DNA of 34,532 nucleotides from an uncultured bacterium (GTDB lineage: Bacteria > Lernaellota > Lernaellaia > Lernaellales > Lernaellaceae). The position numbers and the translations under genes were made by a program. This document shows, in pieces, positions 8,023-17,240 of the stretch (positions are counted from its first letter, which is position 1; the number at the start of each line of letters is the position of its first letter). The stretch spans positions 1-34,532 of the forward strand of contig CAZHPN010000051.1 of assembly GCA_964534375.1 (NCBI GenBank), written 5' to 3'. The notes under the pieces are model-generated. The model made no database searches. It was not told the DNA's origin and worked only from the letters and a program-made list of their open reading frames with translations.

Positions 8023-9140
8023 TTGCCGCGATAGAACGCCGCGATCGCGCGCGCCACTTCGAGTTGCTGCGCCGCCGTCAACTCCGGATAAACGGGGATC
8101 GACAGCACTTCGCGCGCCGCCCGCTCCGCCTCCGGAAACGCGCCGTCTTTCCAGCCCATGCCGGCCAGGCACGGCTGCAAATGCATGCAATGCGGGTAGT
8201 AGACCGCCGCGCCGATGTTTTGTTGGCGCAAATGCGCCAGCAGGCCGTCGCGGTCGGCGCAACGCAGGGTGAACTGGTTGAAGATGTGCCGCCCGGCGCC
8301 GGGCGTGGGCAGCGTGACCTTGTCGGTGGGAACGCGGGCCTCGGCAAACGCGTCGGCGTAGCGTTCGGCGTTGGCGCGCCGGCCCGCATGCCAACCTTCG
8401 AGATAACGGAGTTTCACGGACAGAATCGCCGCCTGCAGCGCGTCCAACCGGAAATTGCCGCCGACGACATGATGCAGATACGGCGGATTCATGCCGTGAT
8501 TGCGCAGCAGTTTGACGCGCGCCGCGGTCGCCGCGTCGCGGACCGTCAACAAGCCGCCATCGCCGCACGCGCCGAGATTCTTGCTCGGGAAAAAACTGAA
8601 CGCGCCGTAGTGGCCGACGCTGCCGGCGCGCCGGCCCTTGGCGTCTTCGCTGCCGATGGCTTGCGCCGCGTCCTCGATCAGCACGATGCCGCGCTTTTCG
8701 CAGACGGCCAGCAGGCGGTCCAGCGGGCACCAACGGCCGAAGAGGTGCACCGCGATGACGGCCTTCGTCCGTTCCGTGATCGCCGCAATTGCCGCGTCTT
8801 CGTCAAAGTTGAAGGTGGCCGGGTCGATGTCGGCGAACACCGGCTTCGCGCCCAAGCGGATGATTGCGCCGACCGTCGCGAAAAACGTGAAGGTCGTCGT
8901 CAGCACCTCGTCGTCGCGCCCGACGCCGGCGTCCATCAGCGCCATCAGCAGCGCGTCGCTGCCCGACGAGACGCCCAGCGCCGCGCCGGCGCCGCAATAG
9001 GCGGCGGCCTCGCGTTCGAATCGTTCCACGGTTTCGCCGAGGATGTATTTGCCCGAGCGGCACACGGCGAGCGCCGCGGCTTCGAGTTCGTTCTTGATTT
9101 GTTCGTATTGCTTGTTCAAGTCGAGAAGCGGGACGGACAT
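8019..9140 (-). CDS. DegT/DnrJ/EryC1/StrS PLP-dependent sugar aminotransferase (373 aa)
   Basis: VPLLDL..QY, YILG..V..FE, SGSDAL, TFFAT, VHLFG, IEDAAQAIG, FSFFPSKNLGACGDGG, NFRLDALQAA; GGAG SD before ATG at 9140. Confidence 0.95.
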   Translation of the reverse strand: MSVPLLDLNKQYEQIKNELEAAALAVCRSGKYILGETVERFEREAAAYCGAGAALGVSSGSDALLMALMDAGVGRDDEVLTTTFTFFATVGAIIRLGAKPVFADIDPATFNFDEDAAIAAITERTKAVIAVHLFGRWCPLDRLLAVCEKRGIVLIEDAAQAIGSEDAKGRRAGSVGHYGAFSFFPSKNLGACGDGGLLTVRDAATAARVKLLRNHGMNPPYLHHVVGGNFRLDALQAAILSVKLRYLEGWHAGRRANAERYADAFAEARVPTDKVTLPTPGAGRHIFNQFTLRCADRDGLLAHLRQQNIGAAVYYPHCMHLQPCLAGMGWKDGAFPEAERAAREVLSIPVYPELTAAQQLEVARAIAAFYRGN

Positions 9141-9202
9141 GATCTGCTCCATTGCGGGTTCGGGCCGTACCTTAACAGAGACGTTGCGCCGATGCCACGG
9201 GG

Positions 9203-9237
9203 CAGCGAACAGCGAACAGGGAACAGTGAACAGTGGC
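9203..9237. repeat. 5x heptamer CAG(C/G/T)GAA
   Basis: CAGCGAA CAGCGAA CAGGGAA CAGTGAA CAGTGGC. Confidence 0.85.
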
Positions 9238-9392
9238 CGGCGACCCCTTTTTCGAATCGAGAACCGCGAGCCCGCCCCCGTTCCTCTCACTGTCGCTCCC
9301 TTCAGAAGTCGGGAAGCCGACCACCGTTGACTATCGCGCGCACTGGCCACTGGCTCTTGGTTAGCGTTTCCGAGATGGGTGGCCAACCACTC

Positions 9393-9462
9393 TTCACTGT
9401 TCACTGTTCGCTGTTCGCTGTTTGCTGTTCGCTGTTCGCTGTTCACTGATCGCTGTTCACTT
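9393..9462. repeat. 10x heptamer TTC(A/G)CTG
   Basis: Read directly; reverse complement of the arrays at 9203 and 10153. Confidence 0.95.
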
Positions 9463-9489
9463 CGCCCCGCCCGCGCGGTACACTGGCGC

Positions 9490-10155
9490 ATGCGTTGCGT
9501 GTTGATCTTCGTGATGCTCCTCCTTCTGTGTGTCGCGGCTGGTTGCGCGACGCGGCCGAATGCGCCGGAACGCAGCGGGTCGGTCGGCCGCACCGACAAT
9601 GGCTGCCTGATGGGCGGCGCGCGGCTCACGCCGAGCGACGACCTGCTCGTGCTCAATCCCGATTGCTCCTGGGGCACGCAGGAACTGGTCGACCTGATCG
9701 AGGCCGTCGCGCACGAAATGCGGCAGGCGTACCCCGACGCGCCGCCGCTGGTCGTCGGCGATCTGTCGCGCGAAGGGGGCGGACGGCTGGCCCCGCACGC
9801 CAGCCATCAGAGCGGCCGCGACGCCGACGTGGCGATGTACGCGCTCGACAATCGACCGCACCGGCGGTTTGTCGACATGACCCGCGGCGAGTTGGATGTG
9901 CCGAAAACGTGGTCGCTGATCCAGACGTTTCTCGAGAAGGGCCACGTTCAATATGTGCTGCTCGATACGGCCGTGCAAAAAATCATCTACGACGAAATCT
10001 CGCTGTTCGTTCCCGAGCGGCAGCTCGCCGAGATTTTTCAATACCCGCGCCAGCGGCGGGCCCGCGAAGCGATCATCCGCCACGCGGCCGGGCATCGCGA
10101 CCATATTCACGTGCGCATCCATTGCCCGCGCGACGACGCGTACTGCGTTGAATAG
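9490..10155 (+). CDS. penicillin-insensitive murein endopeptidase (MepA/M74-like), predicted lipoprotein (221 aa)
   Basis: SVG...NGCL.GG, WGT..LV, VGDLS..GGG, HASHQSGRDAD, HRDHIHVRI.C; hydrophobic leader with AAG-C lipobox. Confidence 0.85.
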   Translation: MRCVLIFVMLLLLCVAAGCATRPNAPERSGSVGRTDNGCLMGGARLTPSDDLLVLNPDCSWGTQELVDLIEAVAHEMRQAYPDAPPLVVGDLSREGGGRLAPHASHQSGRDADVAMYALDNRPHRRFVDMTRGELDVPKTWSLIQTFLEKGHVQYVLLDTAVQKIIYDEISLFVPERQLAEIFQYPRQRRAREAIIRHAAGHRDHIHVRIHCPRDDAYCVE

Positions 10156-10194
10156 TGAACAATGAACAGTGAACAATGAACAGTAAACAGTGAC
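10153..10194. repeat. 6x heptamer CA(G/A)TGAA starting at the mepA-like stop codon
   Basis: TAGTGAA CAATGAA CAGTGAA CAATGAA CAGTAAA CAGTGAC. Confidence 0.9.
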
Positions 10195-10239
10195 CACCCG
10201 TCGGGGGCCAGCGCGAAGCCGGACGAAGGGCGCGCCCAG

Positions 10240-10281
10240 CTTCTGGCTTCTGACTTCTGACTTCTGACTTCCGCCTTCTAA
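10240..10281. repeat. 6x heptamer CTTCTGA-like
   Basis: CTTCTGG CTTCTGA x3 CTTCCGC CTTCTAA. Confidence 0.85.
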
Positions 10282-10354
10282 CCCCGCGCGCCCTGCGTTA
10301 TGATTCGTCGTCGCGACGGGCCGCCGAGGCCCGCGCGGGCTACGGAGGTTGCGC

Positions 10355-13351
10355 ATGGCCGGCCCGTTGCCGCAAATCGTCAAGTACCGGAAGTTTTTCG
10401 ATTTGATGCCGCACCGCGTGCGCGAGGTGCTGCTGGTGTCGTCGCTCTACGACGCGTTCATCCTTCAGGAAGACGGGCACCTCACCGAGCAGGTGTTTCT
10501 CGAATACAAATCGTTGGCGCTGTCGAGCGCGCCGCGGTTTACGCACGTGACGACGGGCGAGGAAGCGATCGCGGCGTTGCAGCGGCGGCGGTTCGACCTG
10601 GTGCTGGTGATGCCGCGGCTGGCCGACGTCAACCTGCTGGATTTCGGCCGGCGCGTGAAGGAACTGCGCACGGGCCGGCCCGTGGTCGTGCTGGCGTTCG
10701 ACAACCACGAAATCGAGGATCTCCGGTCGCTGGCCGACACCGATTGCATCGACGGCGTGTTCAGTTGGAACGGCGACGCGACGATCTTGCTGGCGATTAT
10801 CAAGTACATCGAGGATCGCCAGAACATCGACCACGACATCGAGTTGGCCGACGTGCGCGCGATTTTGCTGGTCGAGGATTCGATCCGTTACTTCTCGGAG
10901 TTTCTCGCCGATTTGTATCCGGTGATGATGAAGCAGTCGCAAAGCCTGTTCGCCGAGGGCCTCAACACGCTGCAAAAGCTGATGCGCATGCGCACGCGGC
11001 CGAAAATCCTGCACGCGGCGAACTACGAAGCGGCGATGGCGCTGTACGAGAAATACGCCGACAACATCATCGCGCTGATCACCGACGCCGGCTTTCCGCG
11101 CGACGGCAAACACCGGATGAACGCCGGCCTGGAACTGGCGGCCGAGATTCGCCGGCGCGCGCCGGATATGCCGATTCTCTTTCAATCGGCCAACGAGGAT
11201 TTCGCGTCGGCGGCCCGCGTGTTGGGCGCAATTTTCCTCAACAAGAACTCGGCTTCGTTGCTGCACGAGATCAACGAGTTTTTGCAAAACTACCTCGGCT
11301 TCGGCGAGTTCGTCTTTCGCATGCCCGACGGCGAGGAGATCGCCCGCGCGACCGATTTGCGCGAGTTCGAGCTGGAGTTGGAGACGATCCCGCTCGAGTC
11401 GTTCGAATATCACGCGCGGCGCAACCATTTTTCCAACTGGCTGATGGCCCGCAGCGAATACGAGTTGGCCGCCAAGCTGCGGCCGAAGAAGGTCAGCGAC
11501 TTCCTCACGCTCGACGAGGTGCGCCGGTACGTGGTCCGCGAAGTGCGGCTGCTGCGCCGCGGCGGCGGCGAGGGCGTCATCTCCGATTTTTCGCTCGAAC
11601 GCTTTGAGCCGGACAACCTGTTTCAGCGCATCGGGACCGGCTCGCTCGGCGGCAAGGCGCGCGGCTTGGCGTTCCTCAATTTGCTGCTGACGTCCGATCC
11701 GTACAAAGGCGCGCTCGCCGGCATGCCGGTCGAGATTCCGCAGAGCTTCGTCATCGCCACCGATTTGTTCGACCAGTTCATGGACGAAAACTCGTTGTAC
11801 GATTTCGTTTACCATTGCGACGACGACCAGGAAATCAATCGCCGTTTCTTCGGCGCCCGCCTGCCGATGCGGTTGATGGACGCGCTGCAGAAGATCCTCG
11901 ATTACGTCGATTGTCCGCTGGCCGTCCGTTCGTCGAGCCTGCTCGAAGACGACATGTCGCACCCGTTCGCCGGCATCTATCGCACGCTGATGCTCGCCAA
12001 CAACTCGACCAATCCGCTCAAGCGGCTGATGCAGCTTTCCAACGCGCTGAAGATGGTTTACGCCTCCACCTTCCACGCCGACGCCCGCGCGTATATCGAG
12101 AACACCGGCCACCGCATCGAACAGGAAAAAATGGCCGTGGTCGTCGAGCGCGTCGTCGGCCAGCGCTACGGCGGGCGCTTTTATCCGCATTTCGCCGGCG
12201 TCGCGCAGTCGTACAACTACTACCCCGTCGCGCCGCAAAGGGCCGAAGACGGCGTGGTGCAGATGGCGCTGGGCCTGGGCCGCATCGTCGTCGACGGCGG
12301 GCGATCGTATCGCTTCAGCGCGAAGCATCCGAACGTCGCGCCGCTGCTCGCCTCGCCCGCCGCGGCGATGAAGAATTCGCAGCACCGCTTTTATTCGCTC
12401 GACCTCGAAACCGCCGGCGACGATCCGCTCAACGTCGGCCCGGGCCACTTGAAGGTCTTCGACCTGGCCGCGGCCGAGGCCGACGGCACGCTGGCCCTGG
12501 TCGGCAGCCGCTACAACGTCAACGACGACGTGCTGACCGAGAACACCGACGCCGCCGGCCCCTGGGTCATCACCTTCAGCAATCTGCTGAAATACAACAG
12601 CGCGCCCGTCGCCGCGGCGTTAAATGAATTGGTCGACCTGGCCGCCGCGGGCATGGGCTGCGCGGTCGAGATCGAGTTCGCCTGCGACATGGGCGATTTC
12701 GGCCGGCGCTTGCGCCGCGGCGAAACACCGCGGCCGCCGACGCTGTACGCGCTGCAATTGCGCCCGATCGTGACCAAGTCGGAGTTGACGGCGGTCGAGG
12801 CCGGCGCGTTCGCGGAAGACGAGGTGATTTGCCGCTGCAAACGCGCGATGGGCCACGGCAGCTATTCCGCCCTGCAGGATATCGTCTACGTCAAACGCGG
12901 CGAGTTCGATCCGGCGCAATCGCCGGCGATTGCCCGCGAGGTCGGCGCCGTCAACCAGTTGCTGACGCGCGAAAAACGGCCGTACGTGCTGATCGGGCCC
13001 GGCCGCTGGGGCAGCAGCGACTTCTGGCTGGGCATCCCGGTGACCTGGGCGCAGATTTCCGGCGCGAAGATCATCGTCGAGGCCTCGCCCGGCGATTACC
13101 TGGTCGACCCGTCGCAGGGCGCGCACTTTTTCCACAATATCACCTCGCTCGGAATTGGGTATTTCACCATTCCGCCGGGCGCGCACAAAGGCAACGGGAA
13201 CGAGGAATTCGTCGATTGGGCCTGGCTCGACGCCGCGCCGGCCTTCCAGGAGACGCCGCACCTGCGGCATGTGCGCCTGACGCATCCGCTGGCCGCGATG
13301 GTCGACGGCCGCAAGGGCCTGGGCGTCATCGCCGATTCAACCCCGGAATAA
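10355..13351 (+). CDS. receiver-like domains fused to PEP/pyruvate-binding (PPDK_N, ATP-grasp) domain protein (998 aa)
   Basis: GGAGG SD; ILLVEDS..Y.S and ITD receiver-like segments; GSLGGKARGLAF, PLAVRSSSLLED..PFAGIY.T, EKMAVV, ALGLG, VEIEFA, LQLRP; C-terminal GPGRWGS and SQGAHFF. Confidence 0.9.
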   Translation: MAGPLPQIVKYRKFFDLMPHRVREVLLVSSLYDAFILQEDGHLTEQVFLEYKSLALSSAPRFTHVTTGEEAIAALQRRRFDLVLVMPRLADVNLLDFGRRVKELRTGRPVVVLAFDNHEIEDLRSLADTDCIDGVFSWNGDATILLAIIKYIEDRQNIDHDIELADVRAILLVEDSIRYFSEFLADLYPVMMKQSQSLFAEGLNTLQKLMRMRTRPKILHAANYEAAMALYEKYADNIIALITDAGFPRDGKHRMNAGLELAAEIRRRAPDMPILFQSANEDFASAARVLGAIFLNKNSASLLHEINEFLQNYLGFGEFVFRMPDGEEIARATDLREFELELETIPLESFEYHARRNHFSNWLMARSEYELAAKLRPKKVSDFLTLDEVRRYVVREVRLLRRGGGEGVISDFSLERFEPDNLFQRIGTGSLGGKARGLAFLNLLLTSDPYKGALAGMPVEIPQSFVIATDLFDQFMDENSLYDFVYHCDDDQEINRRFFGARLPMRLMDALQKILDYVDCPLAVRSSSLLEDDMSHPFAGIYRTLMLANNSTNPLKRLMQLSNALKMVYASTFHADARAYIENTGHRIEQEKMAVVVERVVGQRYGGRFYPHFAGVAQSYNYYPVAPQRAEDGVVQMALGLGRIVVDGGRSYRFSAKHPNVAPLLASPAAAMKNSQHRFYSLDLETAGDDPLNVGPGHLKVFDLAAAEADGTLALVGSRYNVNDDVLTENTDAAGPWVITFSNLLKYNSAPVAAALNELVDLAAAGMGCAVEIEFACDMGDFGRRLRRGETPRPPTLYALQLRPIVTKSELTAVEAGAFAEDEVICRCKRAMGHGSYSALQDIVYVKRGEFDPAQSPAIAREVGAVNQLLTREKRPYVLIGPGRWGSSDFWLGIPVTWAQISGAKIIVEASPGDYLVDPSQGAHFFHNITSLGIGYFTIPPGAHKGNGNEEFVDWAWLDAAPAFQETPHLRHVRLTHPLAAMVDGRKGLGVIADSTPE

Positions 13352-13362
13352 ATTTTTGTCTC

Positions 13363-13452
13363 ACGCGGCGACGCGGAGAACGCGGAGAAGAACACCTCTT
13401 CCTTTGGGAGACGTCGCCACGCGCCAAGTAAGCACCTCTCCCAACGGGAGAG
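13363..13452. repeat. ACGCGGAGA 9-mer repeats plus CTCTCCC-AAC-GGGAGAG hairpin and a degenerate copy
   Basis: ACGCGGCG ACGCGGAGA ACGCGGAGA at 13363-13388; perfect 7-bp stem at 13436-13452 between convergent genes. Confidence 0.6.
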
Positions 13453-13456
13453 CCGA

Positions 13457-14644
13457 CTATTTCATCGCCCGCTGATACTCCTCCATCATCCTCGTCGTCG
13501 CGGCCCGCTGCGTGAACAGCGCTTCGGCGCGGGCGCGGCCGGCTTCGCCGGCGCGGCGGCGCAGTTCCGGATCGGCGAGCGCGGCGCCGACCTTGTCGGC
13601 GAGGTCGTCCGGATCGTTCGGGCGAATCAGCCAGCCGACGACGCCGTTCTCGATCAACTCGGGCACGCCGCCGGCGGCGGTCGCCACGACCGGCCGCCGC
13701 ACGGCCATCGCTTCGATCACGACGCGGCCGAACGCCTCGACCATGCCGTCGTGCGGGTCGGCGTAACAGCTCGCGTGCAGCAGCAGGTCGCAGGCTGCGA
13801 GCACCTGCGGTGCGTCGTCGCGGTGGCCGAGGAACCGCACCGCGTCGCCGACGCCGAGTTCCGCCGCGCGGTGCTTGCACCATTCGAGGTAGGTCGCGTC
13901 GCCGGCGCCGACGATCGCCAGGACCGCCCGCGGCGCCATCTCGCGCACCTTCGGCCACGCCGCGATCGCCACGTGCTGCCCTTTGCGCGCCGTGAGGCGG
14001 CCCAGCAGGCAGGCGACCGGCGCGTCGTGCGGCAACCCCAGGGCGTCGCGCAATCCGGGGTCGGGCGCGACGCGGAACATCTCGTCTTCGAGGCCGTCGA
14101 AGACGACGACGAGCTTGTCGTTGAGCGATGGCAGCCGCTCGGCGAGGCAGCGGCGCACGGCGTCGCTCATGCAGATCACCCGCCGCGCCCGCCGCGCGAA
14201 CGGCGTCAGTTCGCGCTTGCCGAACAGCCGGATTGCGCGCCCGTGGGCGACGACGGCCGCGCCGGCTTCCTGCGCCGCGATCAGCGCCGGGATTTGCGCG
14301 AGGTTCATGTTGTTCAGCGCGGCGACGTCCGGCCGGAACAGCCGCGTGATGCGCCGCATTTCGGGCAGCAGCCGGGCGCTGAAGCGCCGGACGGCGAGCC
14401 ACTGGCCGACGACGGGCAGGCCGCCGCCGGTCAAATGGTGCTCGGCGTCGAAGACGTTGCGGAAGCCGATCCAAGCGACGGGGTAGACGCGCACCTTGTC
14501 GCCGAGCAGCGGCGCCCACAAATCCGGCCGCGACGCCGACAAGCCGACCTCGTGCCCGTTTTCCGCCAGATCGCGCAACAGCGACGCGGCGCAGCGGATG
14601 CTGCTGCCCATCTGCGGAGAGTTGTCGACCATGAGAATGCGCAT
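13457..14644 (-). CDS. glycosyltransferase family 4 (GT-B) (395 aa)
   Basis: MRILMVD start with GGAGG SD; GRL..RKG, FLGHRDD, EAFGRVVIEAMA..RPVVATAAGGVPELI. Confidence 0.93.
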   Translation of the reverse strand: MRILMVDNSPQMGSSIRCAASLLRDLAENGHEVGLSASRPDLWAPLLGDKVRVYPVAWIGFRNVFDAEHHLTGGGLPVVGQWLAVRRFSARLLPEMRRITRLFRPDVAALNNMNLAQIPALIAAQEAGAAVVAHGRAIRLFGKRELTPFARRARRVICMSDAVRRCLAERLPSLNDKLVVVFDGLEDEMFRVAPDPGLRDALGLPHDAPVACLLGRLTARKGQHVAIAAWPKVREMAPRAVLAIVGAGDATYLEWCKHRAAELGVGDAVRFLGHRDDAPQVLAACDLLLHASCYADPHDGMVEAFGRVVIEAMAVRRPVVATAAGGVPELIENGVVGWLIRPNDPDDLADKVGAALADPELRRRAGEAGRARAEALFTQRAATTRMMEEYQRAMK

Positions 14645-14685
14645 CGGGCGTCCTCCGTCAGGTTGAGGCGTCGGCCGCGGTCCCG

Positions 14686-16959
14686 TCACGGCAGCAGGCA
14701 CGCCGCGACGTACGACAACAAGCCGGCCGTGATCGCGCCGGCGAACCCCCAGTGCAAAGCGATCGCCGTCGCCGCCGCCGAACCGAGCACCGCCCCGGCC
14801 GAGGCGATCGCGTACATCCACGGCACGGCCCGCGGATGGTCGGCGCCGACCAAACGGACGCCGAGCGGAAACGGCATGCCCATCAGCAGGCCGAGCGGCG
14901 CGAGCAGCGCGACGCTGATCCCGATCCGTTCGCTCAGCGGCGCCGCCAGCGTGTCGAAGAACAAGCGCGGGCTGAGCGCCATGAACGCCGCCGCGTAAAA
15001 GGCGATCGCCGCGATCAGCAGCCGCACCCGCGACGCGGCCTTGTCCGCCGACGCCGCCTCGGAGAGCGCCGCGCCGACGCCCGACGAGAGCAGCAGCGTG
15101 AACAGCACGACGGCGAGCGCGTAGGTTGGGCGCCCGAGGTACAGGATGAATTTCTGCACGGTCGCCACTTCGACGAGCAGGCAGCCCATGCCGAGCAGGG
15201 CGAAATACGCCGTCCAGCGCAGCGGCGCCCGGGCCTGTTTGTCGCGCGTCGACCAGACCGGCAGCAGCATCAGCGCCGCCACGAACAACGCCGTCAGGCC
15301 GACAAGGGCCAGCAGCATCGCCGGGCCGATGTTGTGGGCGCGCACGCCGGCCGCCTGCTTCATCACCTGCGGCAGGTCTTTCAACCGCACCGTATAAAAA
15401 AGGAACGGGCGGTCGTCGGTCGGCGGCGAGAGGTCGTACGGCTGCTTCGCGAGCCAGCGGTTGAGATCGGCCTCGCCGAGCAAATCGGCGAAGCCAGGGT
15501 CGTCGCCGGGGTGAAACGGGCTGTAGGCGATCGCCAGGTTGAGCCGGGCGCACTGTTCGACCAGATCGCCCATCTCGCGAAGCGTGAACGGCTCTTTTTT
15601 CACCATCAGGTTGACGAATTCGTTGTCGTGCGCGATGAAAAAATGCCGCTCCGGCTCGCGCGCCCCACGCGCCTGCAGGACGGCCTTCAGCAGCACGACC
15701 AGCCGCAGCGCCACGTCGCGGCCGGCCGACCAGCGCTTGATGCTCAGCAATCCGCCGGGCCGCAGATGGTCGAAATATTCGTTCATCGCCTCGACGGTGA
15801 AAACGTTGTTTTCGGTCAGCGAGAACGCCCCGGCCGCCGTCGCCGCCCACGTGTCGATCAGCGTGAATTGGATGATGTCGAACTTCTCCGGCGTGCGGCG
15901 GATGAAGCTGCGGCCCTCGTCCACCGCAACGCGCACGTTCGGCAGACTGAACAGTCCGCCCGCGACGCTCGCAAACCGCCGGCGCACCATGTCGACGACG
16001 ATCGGGTTGTACTCGACGCCCATGATTTGCGAGGCGCCGGCGTCCAGCGCCGTCAGGACATTCTCGCCGCCGCCTGCGCCGAAGATCAGCGTCGAAGCGC
16101 TCGGCCGCAAGATGTACGGCAGCCGCTGAAGATTCGCCTCGGCCGTCTGCGTGCTCGCCGCATCGCCGGTGAACGGCGTGATCCGGGTGTGCGCGACGCC
16201 GTCAGCAGTCAGCAGGATGTCGCCCACGTCGGGCCGCAATTGGGCGGTCACGCGCGAGAAACTGTTCCACGCCACGGCCAGCCGCGGCGGCTCCACGGCG
16301 TTTTTCACGTAGCGCGGTTCGAGCAATTGGCCGTTTTGCGCCAGATGCACGCCGACCACCGACAGCAACACCGCGGCGACGACCAAGCCCACGCCGAAGC
16401 GCAGCGGCTTGAACGGTTGCCCGGCGACGACGCCGCCGAGCGCCGCGAGCGCGCCGGCCACGAGCACGGCGGCCGGGCCGCCGACGAACTGCAACAGCGG
16501 AATCGTCAGCAGACAGCCCAGGCCCGCGCCGACCAGGTCGAACAGGTAAACGAAACCGGCGCGTTTCTGCCCGGCGCGCAACGTCAGGGCCACGAAAAAG
16601 CCGGCCGCGACGAATGGCGCCGCCGAGGCTAGGCAGACGGCCGCGAGTTGCAGCAAGCTGTGCCGGCTCCAGTCGAACGGGTTGAGCCGCAACGTCAGCA
16701 GCAAAACGACGAGCAGGCCGTTCGCCGCGCCCATCGCCGCGCCGGCGTACGTCAACAGCGCGTCGTCGAAGTCGTCCAGCCGCCGGCCGAGAATGTGCAG
16801 CGCCAGGCCGCCGAACCCGAGCCCGAACAGGCTCACGCTGACCGCCAGAAACGCAAAGTGATACGACAGCACCACCGAATAAATGCGGGTCAGGACGATT
16901 TCCGTGGTGAGCGCGGCGGCGGCGAGCAGCGAGAGGCCAAGCAACCGGGTGAGCCGCAT
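14686..16959 (-). CDS. integral membrane protein with spermidine-synthase-like SAM-binding domain (757 aa)
   Basis: N- and C-terminal TM bundles (EIVLTRI.S, Y..DL.GAGLG, MG.PFPLG); central WNSFSRV, IFGAGGG, VEYNP, DEGRSFIRR, FDII, E...FTVEA, PTDDRPF. Confidence 0.85.
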   Translation of the reverse strand: MRLTRLLGLSLLAAAALTTEIVLTRIYSVVLSYHFAFLAVSVSLFGLGFGGLALHILGRRLDDFDDALLTYAGAAMGAANGLLVVLLLTLRLNPFDWSRHSLLQLAAVCLASAAPFVAAGFFVALTLRAGQKRAGFVYLFDLVGAGLGCLLTIPLLQFVGGPAAVLVAGALAALGGVVAGQPFKPLRFGVGLVVAAVLLSVVGVHLAQNGQLLEPRYVKNAVEPPRLAVAWNSFSRVTAQLRPDVGDILLTADGVAHTRITPFTGDAASTQTAEANLQRLPYILRPSASTLIFGAGGGENVLTALDAGASQIMGVEYNPIVVDMVRRRFASVAGGLFSLPNVRVAVDEGRSFIRRTPEKFDIIQFTLIDTWAATAAGAFSLTENNVFTVEAMNEYFDHLRPGGLLSIKRWSAGRDVALRLVVLLKAVLQARGAREPERHFFIAHDNEFVNLMVKKEPFTLREMGDLVEQCARLNLAIAYSPFHPGDDPGFADLLGEADLNRWLAKQPYDLSPPTDDRPFLFYTVRLKDLPQVMKQAAGVRAHNIGPAMLLALVGLTALFVAALMLLPVWSTRDKQARAPLRWTAYFALLGMGCLLVEVATVQKFILYLGRPTYALAVVLFTLLLSSGVGAALSEAASADKAASRVRLLIAAIAFYAAAFMALSPRLFFDTLAAPLSERIGISVALLAPLGLLMGMPFPLGVRLVGADHPRAVPWMYAIASAGAVLGSAAATAIALHWGFAGAITAGLLSYVAACLLP

Positions 16960-17240
16960 GTCAGTTTCCGCCCGGCCGCGCCAGGGTCAACATGAAAGGA
17001 AAATCTTCCCGGCCAATTGGGACCGCGATTTTCGGCGCAGGCATGCAAACCCTTTCGCCGCGAGCTACGTTTTTCGAGCGACGGCGCAGAATACCGCCCG
17101 CACGGCGAACGGTCAAGAAAACTCGCCGTCTTTTTCGGCGCGTGATCGCGTTTCCCCAACTTTTTCGCGCGACCAAAGGCGTGTTGTGCGTGGGCCCAAC
17201 GAATTGCGTCGCGGCGCCGAGTAACCTATTCTCGCAGGCA

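Noticed and set aside
9141..9677. N-terminal extensions in the ORF track (DegT to 9677, mepA-like from 9379, GT4 to 15850, parC to 33212, transglutaminase to 21746)
   Set aside because: They run through repeats or neighbouring genes; downstream starts match the family N-termini and mostly have SD sequences or ATGA coupling.
9203..10281. Repeat arrays as a CRISPR locus
   Set aside because: Units are contiguous 7-mers with no spacers, and no cas genes are present.
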